64,000 nucleotides of DNA from assembly GCA_963662655.2 (NCBI GenBank), contig CAXXTU010000002.1:864001-928000 (forward strand), given 5' to 3'. The notes beneath the pieces are model-generated. The model was not told where the DNA came from. It saw only the letters and a program-made list of their open reading frames with translations, and made no database searches. This document shows, one piece after another, positions 1 through 10,500 of the stretch; position 1 is the stretch's first letter; the number at the start of each line of letters is the position of its first letter. The DNA comes from Candidatus Cloacimonadales bacterium. Its GTDB lineage: Bacteria > Cloacimonadota > Cloacimonadia > Cloacimonadales > JAIOQZ01. A program made the translations under genes and the position numbers.

Positions 1-758
1 TATCCGCCTTCCTGAAGCATGTAAATTTGATAGCGAGCGTCGTCGCCATCCTTGCGCAGCCGCTCCAGGCGTGTCATTTTCACCATCGCGATATCCGCTT
101 CCCCGGCCATGAACCTGTTGAACGAGTCCTCTTCCGTATTCGTCAGCATGATCACGTTTGGCTTGATACTGCGCCAGACCTTGGGGAAACCGAACGGACC
201 TGCGAAAGTCGCGGTAAAGCGGTAAAAGGCTTTTCCAAGATTCGTCTTGAAAGGATCGGGAAGAAGGATTGCATCCTTCCAGGCGTGATCTGTCAACGCA
301 CCGAAGGTACGCGGTGGATTTTTCACCAGAACCGTGTCGCAGATGAATCCGACATAGGTAAACTGGTACGGCGTCAGGAAACCTCTCTTGCTCACACGGT
401 GGCGCACAGGAACTCGGTACTCATGCTCGGGGATAAACGGAGCCAGAACGCTATCCTGGCGAATCGTATCGAGGAACACGCCTCCCAGCCCGATGACCAT
501 GTCGATGCCGGGTCGATTTTTATATTTCCGCAAGGTATCGATGATCGCTCCCGCGTTTTCCATCTCGACAAACCTGAGTGAGCAATTCTGCTTCTCTTCG
601 AACGTTCTCCGGGTCGATTCTCCCAGAGTCTCGATGAAATCCTTCGTCGCGAGGATGTTCAAGCTCTTCCGGGCGGATTCTTGCTGTGCCTGCTTGCTGC
701 AGGATAGAAGCGTCACAATCGTCAGGATCATTAAAAAACACGAGAAAAATCGATTCAC
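1..758 (-). CDS. ABC transporter substrate-binding lipoprotein, thiamine-binding (ThiB/TbpA)-like; runs off the window edge
   Basis: Not in the ORF track. Manual translation from GTG at 758 (overlaps the mlaE stop) is open to the edge: MNRFFSCFLMILTIVTLLSC (lipobox)...FEEKQNC...IDMVIGLG...LTPYQFTYVGFICD...PPRTFGAL...LPDPFKTNLGKAF. Confidence 0.65.
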   Translation of the reverse strand, partial: MNRFFSCFLMILTIVTLLSCSKQAQQESARKSLNILATKDFIETLGESTRRTFEEKQNCSLRFVEMENAGAIIDTLRKYKNRPGIDMVIGLGGVFLDTIRQDSVLAPFIPEHEYRVPVRHRVSKRGFLTPYQFTYVGFICDTVLVKNPPRTFGALTDHAWKDAILLPDPFKTNLGKAFYRFTATFAGPFGFPKVWRSIKPNVIMLTNTEEDSFNRFMAGEADIAMVKMTRLERLRKDGDDARYQIYMLQEGG

Positions 759-1546
759 TACATTCCTCCGAATAAAATGGAAGCGACAATGAAGTCCATG
801 AGTAGAATGAAAATGGATGCGTAGACCACCGTCAGCGTCGACGCCCTGCCCACGCCTTCAGCGCCGTTGCGTGCGCGGGAACCGATGAAGCATGCCAGCG
901 TCGTGATGATCAGCCCGAAAACCACCGACTTGATCAATCCACCCCACAGATCGGGGGCGTCGAACATCTTGCGCATATTGTGGAAGAATTCGAATCCGCT
1001 CACGCCATACTTGAATCTCGCGACGAAGAATCCGGACATGATCCCCACGAAATTGGCGTAGACCGTAAGCATCGGCAGCACGATGAAGCCGCCCACCACG
1101 CGCGGAAGATAGAGAAAGTCAACCGGATCGATTGCGAGAATCTCCAGCGCGTCGAGCTGCTCGCTGACCTTCATTGTTCCGATTTCCGCCGCGATAGACG
1201 CGCCCACCCTTCCGGCCAGCACGAGCGCTGTAAGTACGGGAGCCAGCTCGATCATCATCGATTTCCCCACCATCACTCCGATGAGTTCCTCGGGAATGTA
1301 ACCGCTTGTCTGGTAAGTAGCTTGCAAAGAGGTGACCATTCCAGTGAAGCCGGAAGTAACCGTGATCAGCAGGATGGAATCGAATCCCATGCGCTTGATT
1401 TGAACGATGATTTGGTAAAAGCGTTTGGGCAACTTCGGGATGTGGAATATCAGCGATTCGATGAAAAGGACAAATGCTCCGATGTGGCTGAAGAACGACT
1501 GGACCATCAGGCTATCTGAGGGGATCGTAATTGCGGAAACTGACAA
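758..1546 (-). CDS. mlaE: MlaE-family ABC permease
   Basis: ELAPVLTALVLAGRVGASIAAEIGTMKVSEQLDAL signature; true start may be the ATG at 1507. Confidence 0.9.
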   Translation of the reverse strand: MSVSAITIPSDSLMVQSFFSHIGAFVLFIESLIFHIPKLPKRFYQIIVQIKRMGFDSILLITVTSGFTGMVTSLQATYQTSGYIPEELIGVMVGKSMMIELAPVLTALVLAGRVGASIAAEIGTMKVSEQLDALEILAIDPVDFLYLPRVVGGFIVLPMLTVYANFVGIMSGFFVARFKYGVSGFEFFHNMRKMFDAPDLWGGLIKSVVFGLIITTLACFIGSRARNGAEGVGRASTLTVVYASIFILLMDFIVASILFGGM

Positions 1547-2882
1547 TCTCGCCCACGAACTCGAGCTCGACCGATCCCACCGCGCCGTGTCGGTTCTTGC
1601 CGATGATCACTTCGGCGATACCGGGCTTCTCGGTTTCCTTGTTGTAGTATTCGTCGCGATAGATGAACATCACGATATCGGCGTCCTGCTCGATCGCTCC
1701 CGATTCACGGAGGTCGGCGAGGCGCGGACGCTTGTCGTCACGGTTCTCCAATCCGCGGTTAAGCTGCGAGAGAGCGATAACCGGCAACCCGAGTTCCTTC
1801 GCGAGAACCTTGAGCGCGCGGGAAATCTCGGAGATTTCCTGCTGGCGGTTGTCGCGGTTGCGCTTGGACGACATGAGCTGAAGGTAGTCGATGATGATCA
1901 GATCGAGACCGCCAAGTTCGGCCTTCAGGCGACGTGATTTGGCCCGGATATCCAGTGCGGTGTTCGTGCCGGTGTCGTCGATGTAGATATCCTTGGTGTG
2001 GAAGGCGTCGGCGACGCGCGTGATCTCGCGCAGCTTGTCCTGCGTCATGCCGAAACCCTTGAGCATCGAGTCCATCTGGACTTCCGAATTGGACGAGAGC
2101 ATACGCATGAGGATTTCGTCGCTGGCCATCTCCATGGTGAATATCGCCACCTTGAGATTGTGATGCACCGCCGCGTTGAATCCGATGTTGAGCGCGAAAG
2201 CCGTCTTTCCCATGGCGGGACGCGCAGCCAGAACGATGAACTGCCCCTTGCGGAATCCGCCGGTCTTCTTGTCGAGATCGTAGAAACCGGTGGGGACTCC
2301 CAGGACGTTCGTCTTGTTCGCGGCCACATCCTCGATATTCTGAAGCGTCTCGGGGATGATATCCGTAACGCGAACAAAGGATTTCATGTTGGAGCGCTCG
2401 GCGATGCTGAAGATCAACTGCTCGGCCTCATCGATGATGTCGTCGACCGGCATGTCCTGGCGGTAGGCTCCCTCGATGATCTCCGAACTCTTCTGGATCA
2501 GCATGCGAAGCAGCGCTTTTTCCAGAACGATGTTCGCGTGGTAATCGACGTTCGCGCCGCTGAGCACGACGTCCGAAAGTTCAATGATGTACTGCTTTCC
2601 GCCGGCCTTTTCCAGCATATTGATGGAGTCGGCCCCGCTACGGGTCTTCACTTCCGCTTTCTCCAGGCGGTTCATGAGGGTGATAACGTCGATCTCCGTG
2701 TTCTCCTCGAAGAGCTCGCAAATCGCGCGGAAAACAAATTTATGCGGTGTATGATAAAAGTGTTCTTCGGTTAGCTTCTCGATCGCCTTCGCCACGGCGG
2801 CCGGATCGATCAGCATGGCTGAAAGCACGGCAGCTTCGGCGTTGAGGTCTTTTGGAAGCGTACGTTCGACTTTACGGGTCAC
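1512..2882 (-). CDS. dnaB: Replicative DNA helicase
   Basis: AEAAVLSAML N-terminus, Walker A AARPAMGKT, IDYLQL, LSQLNR, DLRESGAIEQDAD, KNRHG. Confidence 0.98.
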   Translation of the reverse strand: MTRKVERTLPKDLNAEAAVLSAMLIDPAAVAKAIEKLTEEHFYHTPHKFVFRAICELFEENTEIDVITLMNRLEKAEVKTRSGADSINMLEKAGGKQYIIELSDVVLSGANVDYHANIVLEKALLRMLIQKSSEIIEGAYRQDMPVDDIIDEAEQLIFSIAERSNMKSFVRVTDIIPETLQNIEDVAANKTNVLGVPTGFYDLDKKTGGFRKGQFIVLAARPAMGKTAFALNIGFNAAVHHNLKVAIFTMEMASDEILMRMLSSNSEVQMDSMLKGFGMTQDKLREITRVADAFHTKDIYIDDTGTNTALDIRAKSRRLKAELGGLDLIIIDYLQLMSSKRNRDNRQQEISEISRALKVLAKELGLPVIALSQLNRGLENRDDKRPRLADLRESGAIEQDADIVMFIYRDEYYNKETEKPGIAEVIIGKNRHGAVGSVELEFVGEIVSFRNYDPLR

Positions 2883-2898
2883 AAATGCTCCTGTTCAG

Positions 2899-3579
2899 TT
2901 ATAGGGAATTATAGACGTCCCGAATGCGTTGCAGATCGATCCACGCGGCCTTTTTCAGCCCCTCGTTTCGCAAAAGCGCTGCGGGGTGATACGTCGCGAA
3001 AGTGCGGATTCCTCGATACTCGTGCTCTCCTGCACGCATGGAACCGAGCGAGGCCGTTGTTTCGAGCAACGCTTGAGCGGCCACGCGACCCAGCAGGACG
3101 ATGATCTTCGGCTTGATGATATCGATCTGCTGGTCGAGCAAAGGACGGCACGCGGCAACCTCTTCCGGATTGGGATCGCGGTTCCCCGGAGGGCGACACT
3201 TCACCATGTTGCCGATGAATATCTCTTCGCGGGTGATGTTGATCGCCTTGAGCATCTTGTCGAGAAGCTGCCCCGCGCGACCCACGAATGGTTTGCCGGA
3301 TAAATCTTCGTCCCTTCCAGGGCCTTCTCCGATGAGCATCATCTTTGCCTGGGGGTTTCCTGCGCCGTAAACGAACTTGGTTCGTTGTTCCGCCAAAACG
3401 CATTTCCGGCAGTTCTGGTTTTCCCGTTCGAAACGGGCAAGCAGCTCTGCCGGATTTCCAGACGGAGTCGTATTTACCTGTTGGAGCGCTTGTTCCAGAA
3501 CGCTCTTATCGATAAATATCTCATCGATTCCCGAAACCTTGAGATAGTCCAGGTAGTTCCGGATCGATTTTCGAATCAT
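2899..3579 (-). CDS. Uracil-DNA glycosylase family 4 (4Fe-4S)
   Basis: CxxC, GEGPG, PFVGRAG, KCRPPGNR, TYHPAALLR motifs. Confidence 0.93.
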   Translation of the reverse strand: MIRKSIRNYLDYLKVSGIDEIFIDKSVLEQALQQVNTTPSGNPAELLARFERENQNCRKCVLAEQRTKFVYGAGNPQAKMMLIGEGPGRDEDLSGKPFVGRAGQLLDKMLKAINITREEIFIGNMVKCRPPGNRDPNPEEVAACRPLLDQQIDIIKPKIIVLLGRVAAQALLETTASLGSMRAGEHEYRGIRTFATYHPAALLRNEGLKKAAWIDLQRIRDVYNSL

Positions 3580-3589
3580 TCTTTATGTA

Positions 3590-3814
3590 CTATTCTTCTT
3601 CGAAATCCGGATCGATGGGTATGTCCGCGATGTAATCGGGAATTTCGTTATCCGCAACATGCTCCAGCGCGGTGATGGTGAGTTTTTCTTCGAACTTGTC
3701 CTTCACCGTGGACGGAAGGTCGCTGAGGCGTCTCACTTCCAGGTTAGCAAGCTGCAGAAAGAGATAATTCATGTTGTGCTTTTCGAGAAAGGTATCAATT
3801 TTAGGATTGTTCAT
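3590..3814 (-). CDS. rpoZ: Small protein, probable divergent RNA polymerase omega subunit
   Basis: Directly downstream of gmk (classic gmk-rpoZ synteny); GGAGG before the ATG at 3814; pattern PKIDTFLEK..NY.....RRL...KLTITALEHV parallels omega PSIDxLLxK..xY...RARQL...KPxxxALxEI. Confidence 0.55.
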   Translation of the reverse strand: MNNPKIDTFLEKHNMNYLFLQLANLEVRRLSDLPSTVKDKFEEKLTITALEHVADNEIPDYIADIPIDPDFEEE

Positions 3815-4445
3815 CCATACCTCCATAGAATATTTCATTTACTTTGCGATACCGGCTCACCCGGTTCTCCTCAGATCGGATGATCGATTCGACCGCTTTC
3901 ACGGCGTCTTCGAGTTCATCGTTGACCACGAGATAATCGAAGTAATTGAGAAATCCGAGTTCCTTACGAGCGTTTTCGAGTCGCAGATCGATCGTCTCCT
4001 GCGAATCGGTACCGCGCTTTTTCAGGCGGTCCTCGAGCGTTTTCAGATCGGGCGGGATCATGAAGATCGTCACCATGGGGAGTCCGCTTCGCATCACCGA
4101 AAGCGCGCCCTGTACGTCGATATCCAGTATTACGTGCCGCCCTTCCATGAGCTGGCCGGTAACGTACTCGCGAGAAGTTCCGTACCAGTTTCCGTGCACG
4201 AGGGCGTGTTCCAGAAACATCTTCTCATCCAGCAACTTCTCGAATTCGTCTTTGCCGACAAAGAAATAGTCTTCCTTATCCTTCTCCGCTCCCCGAGGCT
4301 GGCGCGTCGTGTAGGATATCGAGTAAACGATCGGGATATCCTTCTTAGAGCGGTCTTGCATCACGCGACGCAAAACGGTCGATTTGCCGCCACCGGACGG
4401 CGCGATGAGAATGATGAGAAAGCTGCTTCTGGAATACTCTGTCAT
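3801..4445 (-). CDS. gmk: Guanylate kinase
   Basis: APSGGGKST P-loop, SYTTRQPR, GNWYGT, DIDVQGA. Confidence 0.97.
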   Translation of the reverse strand: MTEYSRSSFLIILIAPSGGGKSTVLRRVMQDRSKKDIPIVYSISYTTRQPRGAEKDKEDYFFVGKDEFEKLLDEKMFLEHALVHGNWYGTSREYVTGQLMEGRHVILDIDVQGALSVMRSGLPMVTIFMIPPDLKTLEDRLKKRGTDSQETIDLRLENARKELGFLNYFDYLVVNDELEDAVKAVESIIRSEENRVSRYRKVNEIFYGGMDEQS

Positions 4446-4454
4446 CTTATTGAT

Positions 4455-4832
4455 TTATTCTTCAATCATTTCCTGATATGCTTCGGCATCCATCAGTTCT
4501 TCGAGTTCTTCCGGATCGGACATCTTCACTTTGATGATCCAGCCGTTGCCGAACGCTGATTTGTTGATGAGTTCCGGCTCGTCTTCCAGAGCTTCGTTTA
4601 CGGCAATCACTTCACCCGACACCGGGCTTACCAGGTCTTCGACCGCTTTTACGGCTTCGACGGAACCAAACGCATCTCCAGCTTCCACTTCGTCGCCGAC
4701 TTCAGGAAGTTCCACATAAACGATATCACCAAGTTCGTGTTGCGCAAAATCGGTAATTCCGATAACGGCATTCTTGCCGTCTTTTTTTACCCACTCGTGG
4801 GATTCCGTGTAAAACAAACCCTTCTTGACCAT
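4455..4832 (-). CDS. gcvH: Glycine cleavage system H protein
   Basis: HEWV, GITDFAQHELGDIVYVELP, lipoyl motif VEAVKAV. Confidence 0.97.
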   Translation of the reverse strand: MVKKGLFYTESHEWVKKDGKNAVIGITDFAQHELGDIVYVELPEVGDEVEAGDAFGSVEAVKAVEDLVSPVSGEVIAVNEALEDEPELINKSAFGNGWIIKVKMSDPEELEELMDAEAYQEMIEE

Positions 4833-4935
4833 ACGTTCCTCCAGAACATCTTTATTTTATAGAAATCAGATACTTATCGTATCGTATCAATCAAACAAAC
4901 GTTGCCGCTGTGTCAAGAAATTATTCGAGGAGATT

Positions 4936-5228
4936 TTATGATTGCTTGTCCTTGCGCGGACCGCCGAACACCAAAGAAGCGATGTCCAGCATCTGCTGTT
5001 TCCAGTCCGATATCTGGTTGGGATGTACGTCGAATTGTACTGCAAGTTCGGCAAGCGTCCGGTCGACCTTGAGCGCGGCCAGAGCCACCTTCACCTTGAA
5101 TGTCGCCGAGTGATTACGTCGTGGTCTTCTCATTCTCTTACTCTTTAAATACTCTCTCTTTCTCTCTGATCAATCGGAGCAAGATTTCCACTTATACGCA
5201 AGTCCTAATTCCCGTGACCACTTCTGTT
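4936..5228 (-). mobile_element. IS3-family insertion sequence remnant (truncated OrfA, no OrfB)
   Basis: ORF 4936-5133, RRNHSATFKVKVAL...TLAELAVQFDVHPNQISDWKQQ, is a typical IS3 OrfA HTH; no integrase ORF follows; the boundary at 5228 is approximate. Confidence 0.8.
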
Positions 5229-5404
5229 TACCCCGAGCTCATATTTGGTTGTGGATTGAGTGTGTAAGAAAATGACCCTGATAATCAATATCAAAAAAGA
5301 TTTGCCAGGATTTCAAATATAAAGATTTTTGAGATGAATAGACTGAATGCAGAAAAAAAGGCTATCGTATAAAGGACTCACTGACCAAGGAACGATAATA
5401 AACT

Positions 5405-6490
5405 ATGCAAAAATACAGGTTCGTGGATTTAAATAATGCTCATTATGACATGTTGCTGGTTTTCATGCGGAAAGTTCATCCCCGCCGCAAACGAATAGAA
5501 GCCTACATTCAACATTTCATCATGGACAATCCTTACCGTTCATCTTCAATGCCTGCTTTGAGGGGGCTGTTATTACTGTGTGATGAGGAGATCGTCGGAA
5601 GCTTTCTATTTCTTCCCTTCATGGCACATACAGAAGGCAAGGAATACGCTGGGGCATTCGGGTATGATTTAATCATTGATGAGCAACATCGAAGAAGGGA
5701 ATTGGGGATTAAGCTTTTTATGTCTGGATTGGCGAAGTTCGAGTGCTTCGCAGCGATCGGTTCATCTCCTTCAGCGCAAAAAGGATACAGAGCTATGAAA
5801 TATATAGAATTACCGCCAGGGTGGTTATTCACTCTCTACCGCACAAAGCTTCTTCATTTTCTGTTCACGACAAAACGAGTTTTTCGCTTCACCTTATTAA
5901 ACAAGCTACGTAACAGGTGCAGAAAACTTTTCTTGGCGATGAAGTACGGAAACCAGTCAAGCGCTCTTCACAAGGATCGGTCATTCCCAGATATAATCTC
6001 AGGAGGAATGTTCTATAAGGTGGAACGTCCAGATAAGTTACGTATACCAAATCCTTTGCCGGATTTGTTATCATTTATTCGCACCAAAGACTTTGCGGAA
6101 TGGGCTTACTTCTCCGACGAACTACCTTGTACTGTTTACCAGAGAAGAGATAGCAACGACTACTTCGTTGCCAGGCTCAGCTATTATAACGACTTACCTT
6201 GCCTAATGTTAATGGACTATCAGGTGTCGGATGTTCAGGATATCCGTGATGTTGTTAGCTCATTTAAAAACCTGATGACCCGGATGTTGATCGATTCAGC
6301 AATATCGATCAGTTCTTTTAAAAATAGCGACGAAGCATTTATTGCCAGTGGTTTCGAAAAAGAACCGTTAAGGACAATCTCCTTTCAAGTGAATTTTGGA
6401 GAACACCCAGGGAAAATTTGTTCCGACAATAGAGAAGCTGCCTTCTTCAACATTATCGATAGCGATATGAGTGGATGCTTCGGCTGGTAA
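5405..6490 (+). CDS. GNAT-fold N-acyltransferase-like protein
   Basis: DEEIVG...DLIIDEQHRRRELG resembles GNAT motif A; visibly AT-richer than the flanks. Confidence 0.55.
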   Translation: MQKYRFVDLNNAHYDMLLVFMRKVHPRRKRIEAYIQHFIMDNPYRSSSMPALRGLLLLCDEEIVGSFLFLPFMAHTEGKEYAGAFGYDLIIDEQHRRRELGIKLFMSGLAKFECFAAIGSSPSAQKGYRAMKYIELPPGWLFTLYRTKLLHFLFTTKRVFRFTLLNKLRNRCRKLFLAMKYGNQSSALHKDRSFPDIISGGMFYKVERPDKLRIPNPLPDLLSFIRTKDFAEWAYFSDELPCTVYQRRDSNDYFVARLSYYNDLPCLMLMDYQVSDVQDIRDVVSSFKNLMTRMLIDSAISISSFKNSDEAFIASGFEKEPLRTISFQVNFGEHPGKICSDNREAAFFNIIDSDMSGCFGW

Positions 6491-6501
6491 GAGGATAAAC
6501 A

Positions 6502-7497
6502 ATGAAGAAGATGAAAAGATTTGTGAAAGGAAAAGCTTTGGGGCTTGCCCAAAGAATCGATCAAAAAGCAGGACAAGCAGCCCACGACAACAGGAAACCA
6601 CCTAAAGGACTCATATCGTTGTTGTTTCATTCCATTTACAAGGATCGCTCTGAAACATCCATTCCGTTACTTGCAAAGAATCAATACATAACCGTTCAGG
6701 ATTTGCAGTATATACTTGAGTGGTTGCTAGAGGCTGGCTGTTCATTTATCTCGCTTGCCGATATCGTCGCCGGAAATCTTAGAAGCGATAGGACTTACGT
6801 CGCTCTAACATTTGACGACGGGTATTTCAATAATACAAGGGCAATACCTGTTATCCAGGAATTTCAAATACCGATGGCGGTCTTCCTTGCTCCGTACTTT
6901 TCATCAAACCAGAGTCTATACTGGTGGGATGCGATTTCTTCTGAATTGGGCTTTGAAACCTACACATCGATGCGTCCCGAAATTCTTCGTAGTCGTTGGA
7001 GCGATATCAAGAAGCAACTGGAGTCGATTAAGACTGATATATTAATGCCGAAGTCTGATTTGCATCGGCCACTCACCGAGGATGAAATAACCGATCTCTC
7101 ACAAAATCCATTGATAACCTTCCACAATCACACGATGCATCATATAACGATGACAGACGCTTATTCTGATGACGAGATTCTTGAGGATATCCGAATCGGT
7201 GAAGAAGAGATTGTTCGCCTGTCAGGGACACCTTCTTCTGCTTTTGCATATCCGGTTAATATTCATGATAATCGAGTGATTGATATCATGGCGAAAACAA
7301 GCCATCATGCCGCTTTTACTGTATCCCCCGGTATTCAGCATTATCCGTTTCCGATAAAATCGCCATCAGCCTTTCATTACCCAAGATATCTGGTTTTTTC
7401 AAATGGAGACAACAAACATCTGGAAAAACAATTAGCCGCAATTCTATCTCCCATATCCGTTCGAGAAAAGCTAGTTAGCTTGATGCGAAAATTTTGA
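6502..7497 (+). CDS. Polysaccharide deacetylase (NodB/CE4)
   Basis: LTFDDGY, HTMHH and FAYP motifs. Confidence 0.88.
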   Translation: MKKMKRFVKGKALGLAQRIDQKAGQAAHDNRKPPKGLISLLFHSIYKDRSETSIPLLAKNQYITVQDLQYILEWLLEAGCSFISLADIVAGNLRSDRTYVALTFDDGYFNNTRAIPVIQEFQIPMAVFLAPYFSSNQSLYWWDAISSELGFETYTSMRPEILRSRWSDIKKQLESIKTDILMPKSDLHRPLTEDEITDLSQNPLITFHNHTMHHITMTDAYSDDEILEDIRIGEEEIVRLSGTPSSAFAYPVNIHDNRVIDIMAKTSHHAAFTVSPGIQHYPFPIKSPSAFHYPRYLVFSNGDNKHLEKQLAAILSPISVREKLVSLMRKF

Positions 7498-7545
7498 TGT
7501 AAGAAACCCGGTAGAAATGTTCTGGATGTTCACGGCTTTGCGTTG

Positions 7546-7580
7546 CAAAGAAAAAGCCGCATCGTGATGATACGGCTTTC
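7546..7580 (-). terminator. Intrinsic terminator of the 2148-aa gene
   Basis: Minus-strand stem AAAGCCGUAUC/GAUGCGGCUUU followed by a U-rich tail; lies between convergent genes. Confidence 0.75.
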
Positions 7581-7599
7581 CATAATATAATTTACATTC

Positions 7600-10500
7600 T
7601 TATTTTAGCATGATCATCTTGCGGATATCCTGAATCGTCTCCTCGGATGAAACAGCCCTGAACTTACAGAAGTAGATTCCCGAAGAAACCGGCTTGGTCG
7701 CTTCGTCTTTTCCATCCCATTTGATGGAGTGGAATCCGGCTTTCAGATCATCGTCATAGAGAACCTTCACAAGCTGACCGCGTGTGTTGTAGATAAGGAT
7801 TTCCACCGATGAATCGTGTTTCAGGCCGAACTTCACCTTGGTCTCGGGATTGAACGGATTCGGGTAGTTCTGATACATGACAGTCTTCTGTGGTTCCACG
7901 CTGCCGATGGTCTGGGATTGGCCCAGCGTGAAGCTGAAGTCCGCAGGATCGGAATCGACATCGATGGACGCTTCAACGCTCTCGTAGCCGTCCTTCTCGA
8001 TGGTTACGCGGTAAAGCTCCATATAGATGCCGGAAATCGTCACAACGCCTTCCTCGTCCGTGTAGAGATTGAACTCCATGTTGTACAGACCGTCTTCGCC
8101 AAACACGCCGATATAAGCGTTGTCGATCGGCGTTTCACCATCGCTTTCGTAAACCGTTATCGTGGCTTCGGCAAAACGTTTGATCGGGATATCGTCCGAA
8201 TAGAGCTGCTCGCTCTCTCCCGACGTATACACGGCGGCAAGGCTGTAGCGATACGTTCCGTCCGGTTCGTCCAGAAGGTCGTCAACGTAGTCGTGAGTTG
8301 TTGTTTGTGCGATTTCCTTCCAGTTACCGTCGTTCAGGCGACGCTTCACCGAGTAATAGGTGAGCTCGCGAGCGCCCTTCATTTGCACGTCCTTTCTTCT
8401 TGAGGACATGAGGTCGCGCCTTGTGACGCTCGGTGTGTATTCTTCCCAGTTCAGGTGTACGCGATAAACCGCATCCAACATCCAGGTGAATTCGAGCGGC
8501 TGGACCGGTGAATGGAGCGCAAGCGGTATCTGCTGGCGCATCATGTTGCCGGCTTTATCGGTCGCGACAAGGTGAATGGAATACTGTCCGTCGTCGCTTC
8601 CGTCGTTCGCGAGCGGTGTTCTGAGTGTCCAGATGACCAGAGAATCCGCATCCACAAAGGGTCCGTACGAATGAAATCCCGAAACGATTTCATCATTAGG
8701 ATCGAACAGGGCTACCTTCGTCAGGTTGGGGGTGTAGTACATCCCCGAGGTTAAGTCGGAGTACTTCACCTGAATCTGGGTAATTCCGGTACTCGATTCC
8801 GTGCTGTCTCCGGTCACTTCACGATAGATGCCGTTCAGGTCGCGGTAGAGGACTTCTATCGGTTCGGGAACGACGGTATCGTACATCATGTATTGATACT
8901 CGTGATAGACCGCGCCCAATTCGTTCTCGGCACGAATGCTGACGGTGTAAAGGCCATCGTCTTCCCCATCCGTGTGAAGCTCGCCGTCCAGCTCGAGCCG
9001 GACGACCATGCTGGAATCCGTGGGTTCGTAATAAAGATCGCCGCCGTGCGGAGAATAAACGGAATCCCCGCTCGGGAAGTACATGCGAATGTAGGTCTTG
9101 TCCCAGTCCTCGACAATCCCGAAGTAATCCTTGAATTCACCTTCCAGCTCCGGAGGATTGAATTCATGCGTATTCACGTAGGTGTAGTCCATTCCCCAAG
9201 GCATCCAGTCAATGAGCTCCGGTGTCGGATCGGATACAAACAGGAATTCATAGGTATAGGTTCTCGAGTTCCCCGCCATATCCGTGGCTTTCAGCGCGAT
9301 CTTGTAGTTCGCCGAGCTATCTTCGCCGGGCACGATCGGATCGTTGAGAATCCAGCGATACTGTCCGCTGACCACTCGTTTGATGCCGGATACGAGGTTG
9401 TCGTCGGAATCCTGGAGCACGAGATAGGTCAGGTTCGGAGCCGGATTCAGCCCGGAGGTCGCATCGTAGAAATTTACCATGATCGAATCGATGCGCCCCG
9501 AGTAATAATCGCTGCGCAGGAAGCCGCGGAGTGGGTTATCCTTGTTCTGGAAATCCACCTTGTTTCGATTGATGCTAACGCTGAATGGTGCCGGCTGTTC
9601 TTCCTTCTCATCCTTTCCTCTCGCGGCGACAGGATAGGAATTCACCTGAAGATTGCTGTAGACCGGCTTGGTGCTGTCGTAAACAAACGAGTACGACATG
9701 GGAATTTCTTCCCCTTCATCGAGCGCTAGATAGACATTCACCTGAAAATTCCCGTCATCGACCCCCGTCAATGAGAGCGGTTCCTGGAATTGAAGATTGA
9801 TCACGGTCGTCGAATCGGTAAACGAGAAGCTGAGCGTTGCGCCGGATCCCTCGCTCGGAGAAGAAGGATCGCCGATGATGTTTCCATCGGGATGCAGCAC
9901 CTCGAGGTAGCTGAGGTTGGCGTTTATGTCTTCCTCGACCAGCTCGTAAACTTCCACGGAAGCATGGTTCACGTTTCCGTTCTGATACGAGAGGTCTGCC
10001 GGGTAGAAATCCGCCTGCACGGTGTTCAGAAGGAACCTAACGCTATCGACGTAGGTGTTACCCGCCAGATCCATCACAGTCGCTTTGATGTAGAATTCCT
10101 TGTTGATCGCTTTGAGCGGCGAATTCATGATGTATCGAACCATATTGGATGATGGCTGGCTGCTTGCTCCGGCGATCAGTTCGTCTTGATCGTTAAAGAT
10201 ACGAACCATACAGGAATCGATGATGATTCCGTAATTGTCGGAAACAGAAGCATCGATCAAAAGAATCGGCTGATTGATTTCTTCTCCGCCATCGATGTAC
10301 TGATAGGTGTTGTCCTCGAGAGACAGACCGATGTTATCGACTTCGGGAAGAATGTTGTCGTAAGAAAATTCGTAGGTTTCGCCGAACGCGACGCCATCTG
10401 TGTTTTCCAGACGATACTCGACGTTGTACTCGCCAATCTGCGCGAGCGGCGAATCGAGGGTCAGGTTCAGCGTGTAGAGCGGATTCTGGCTCGAATCCAG

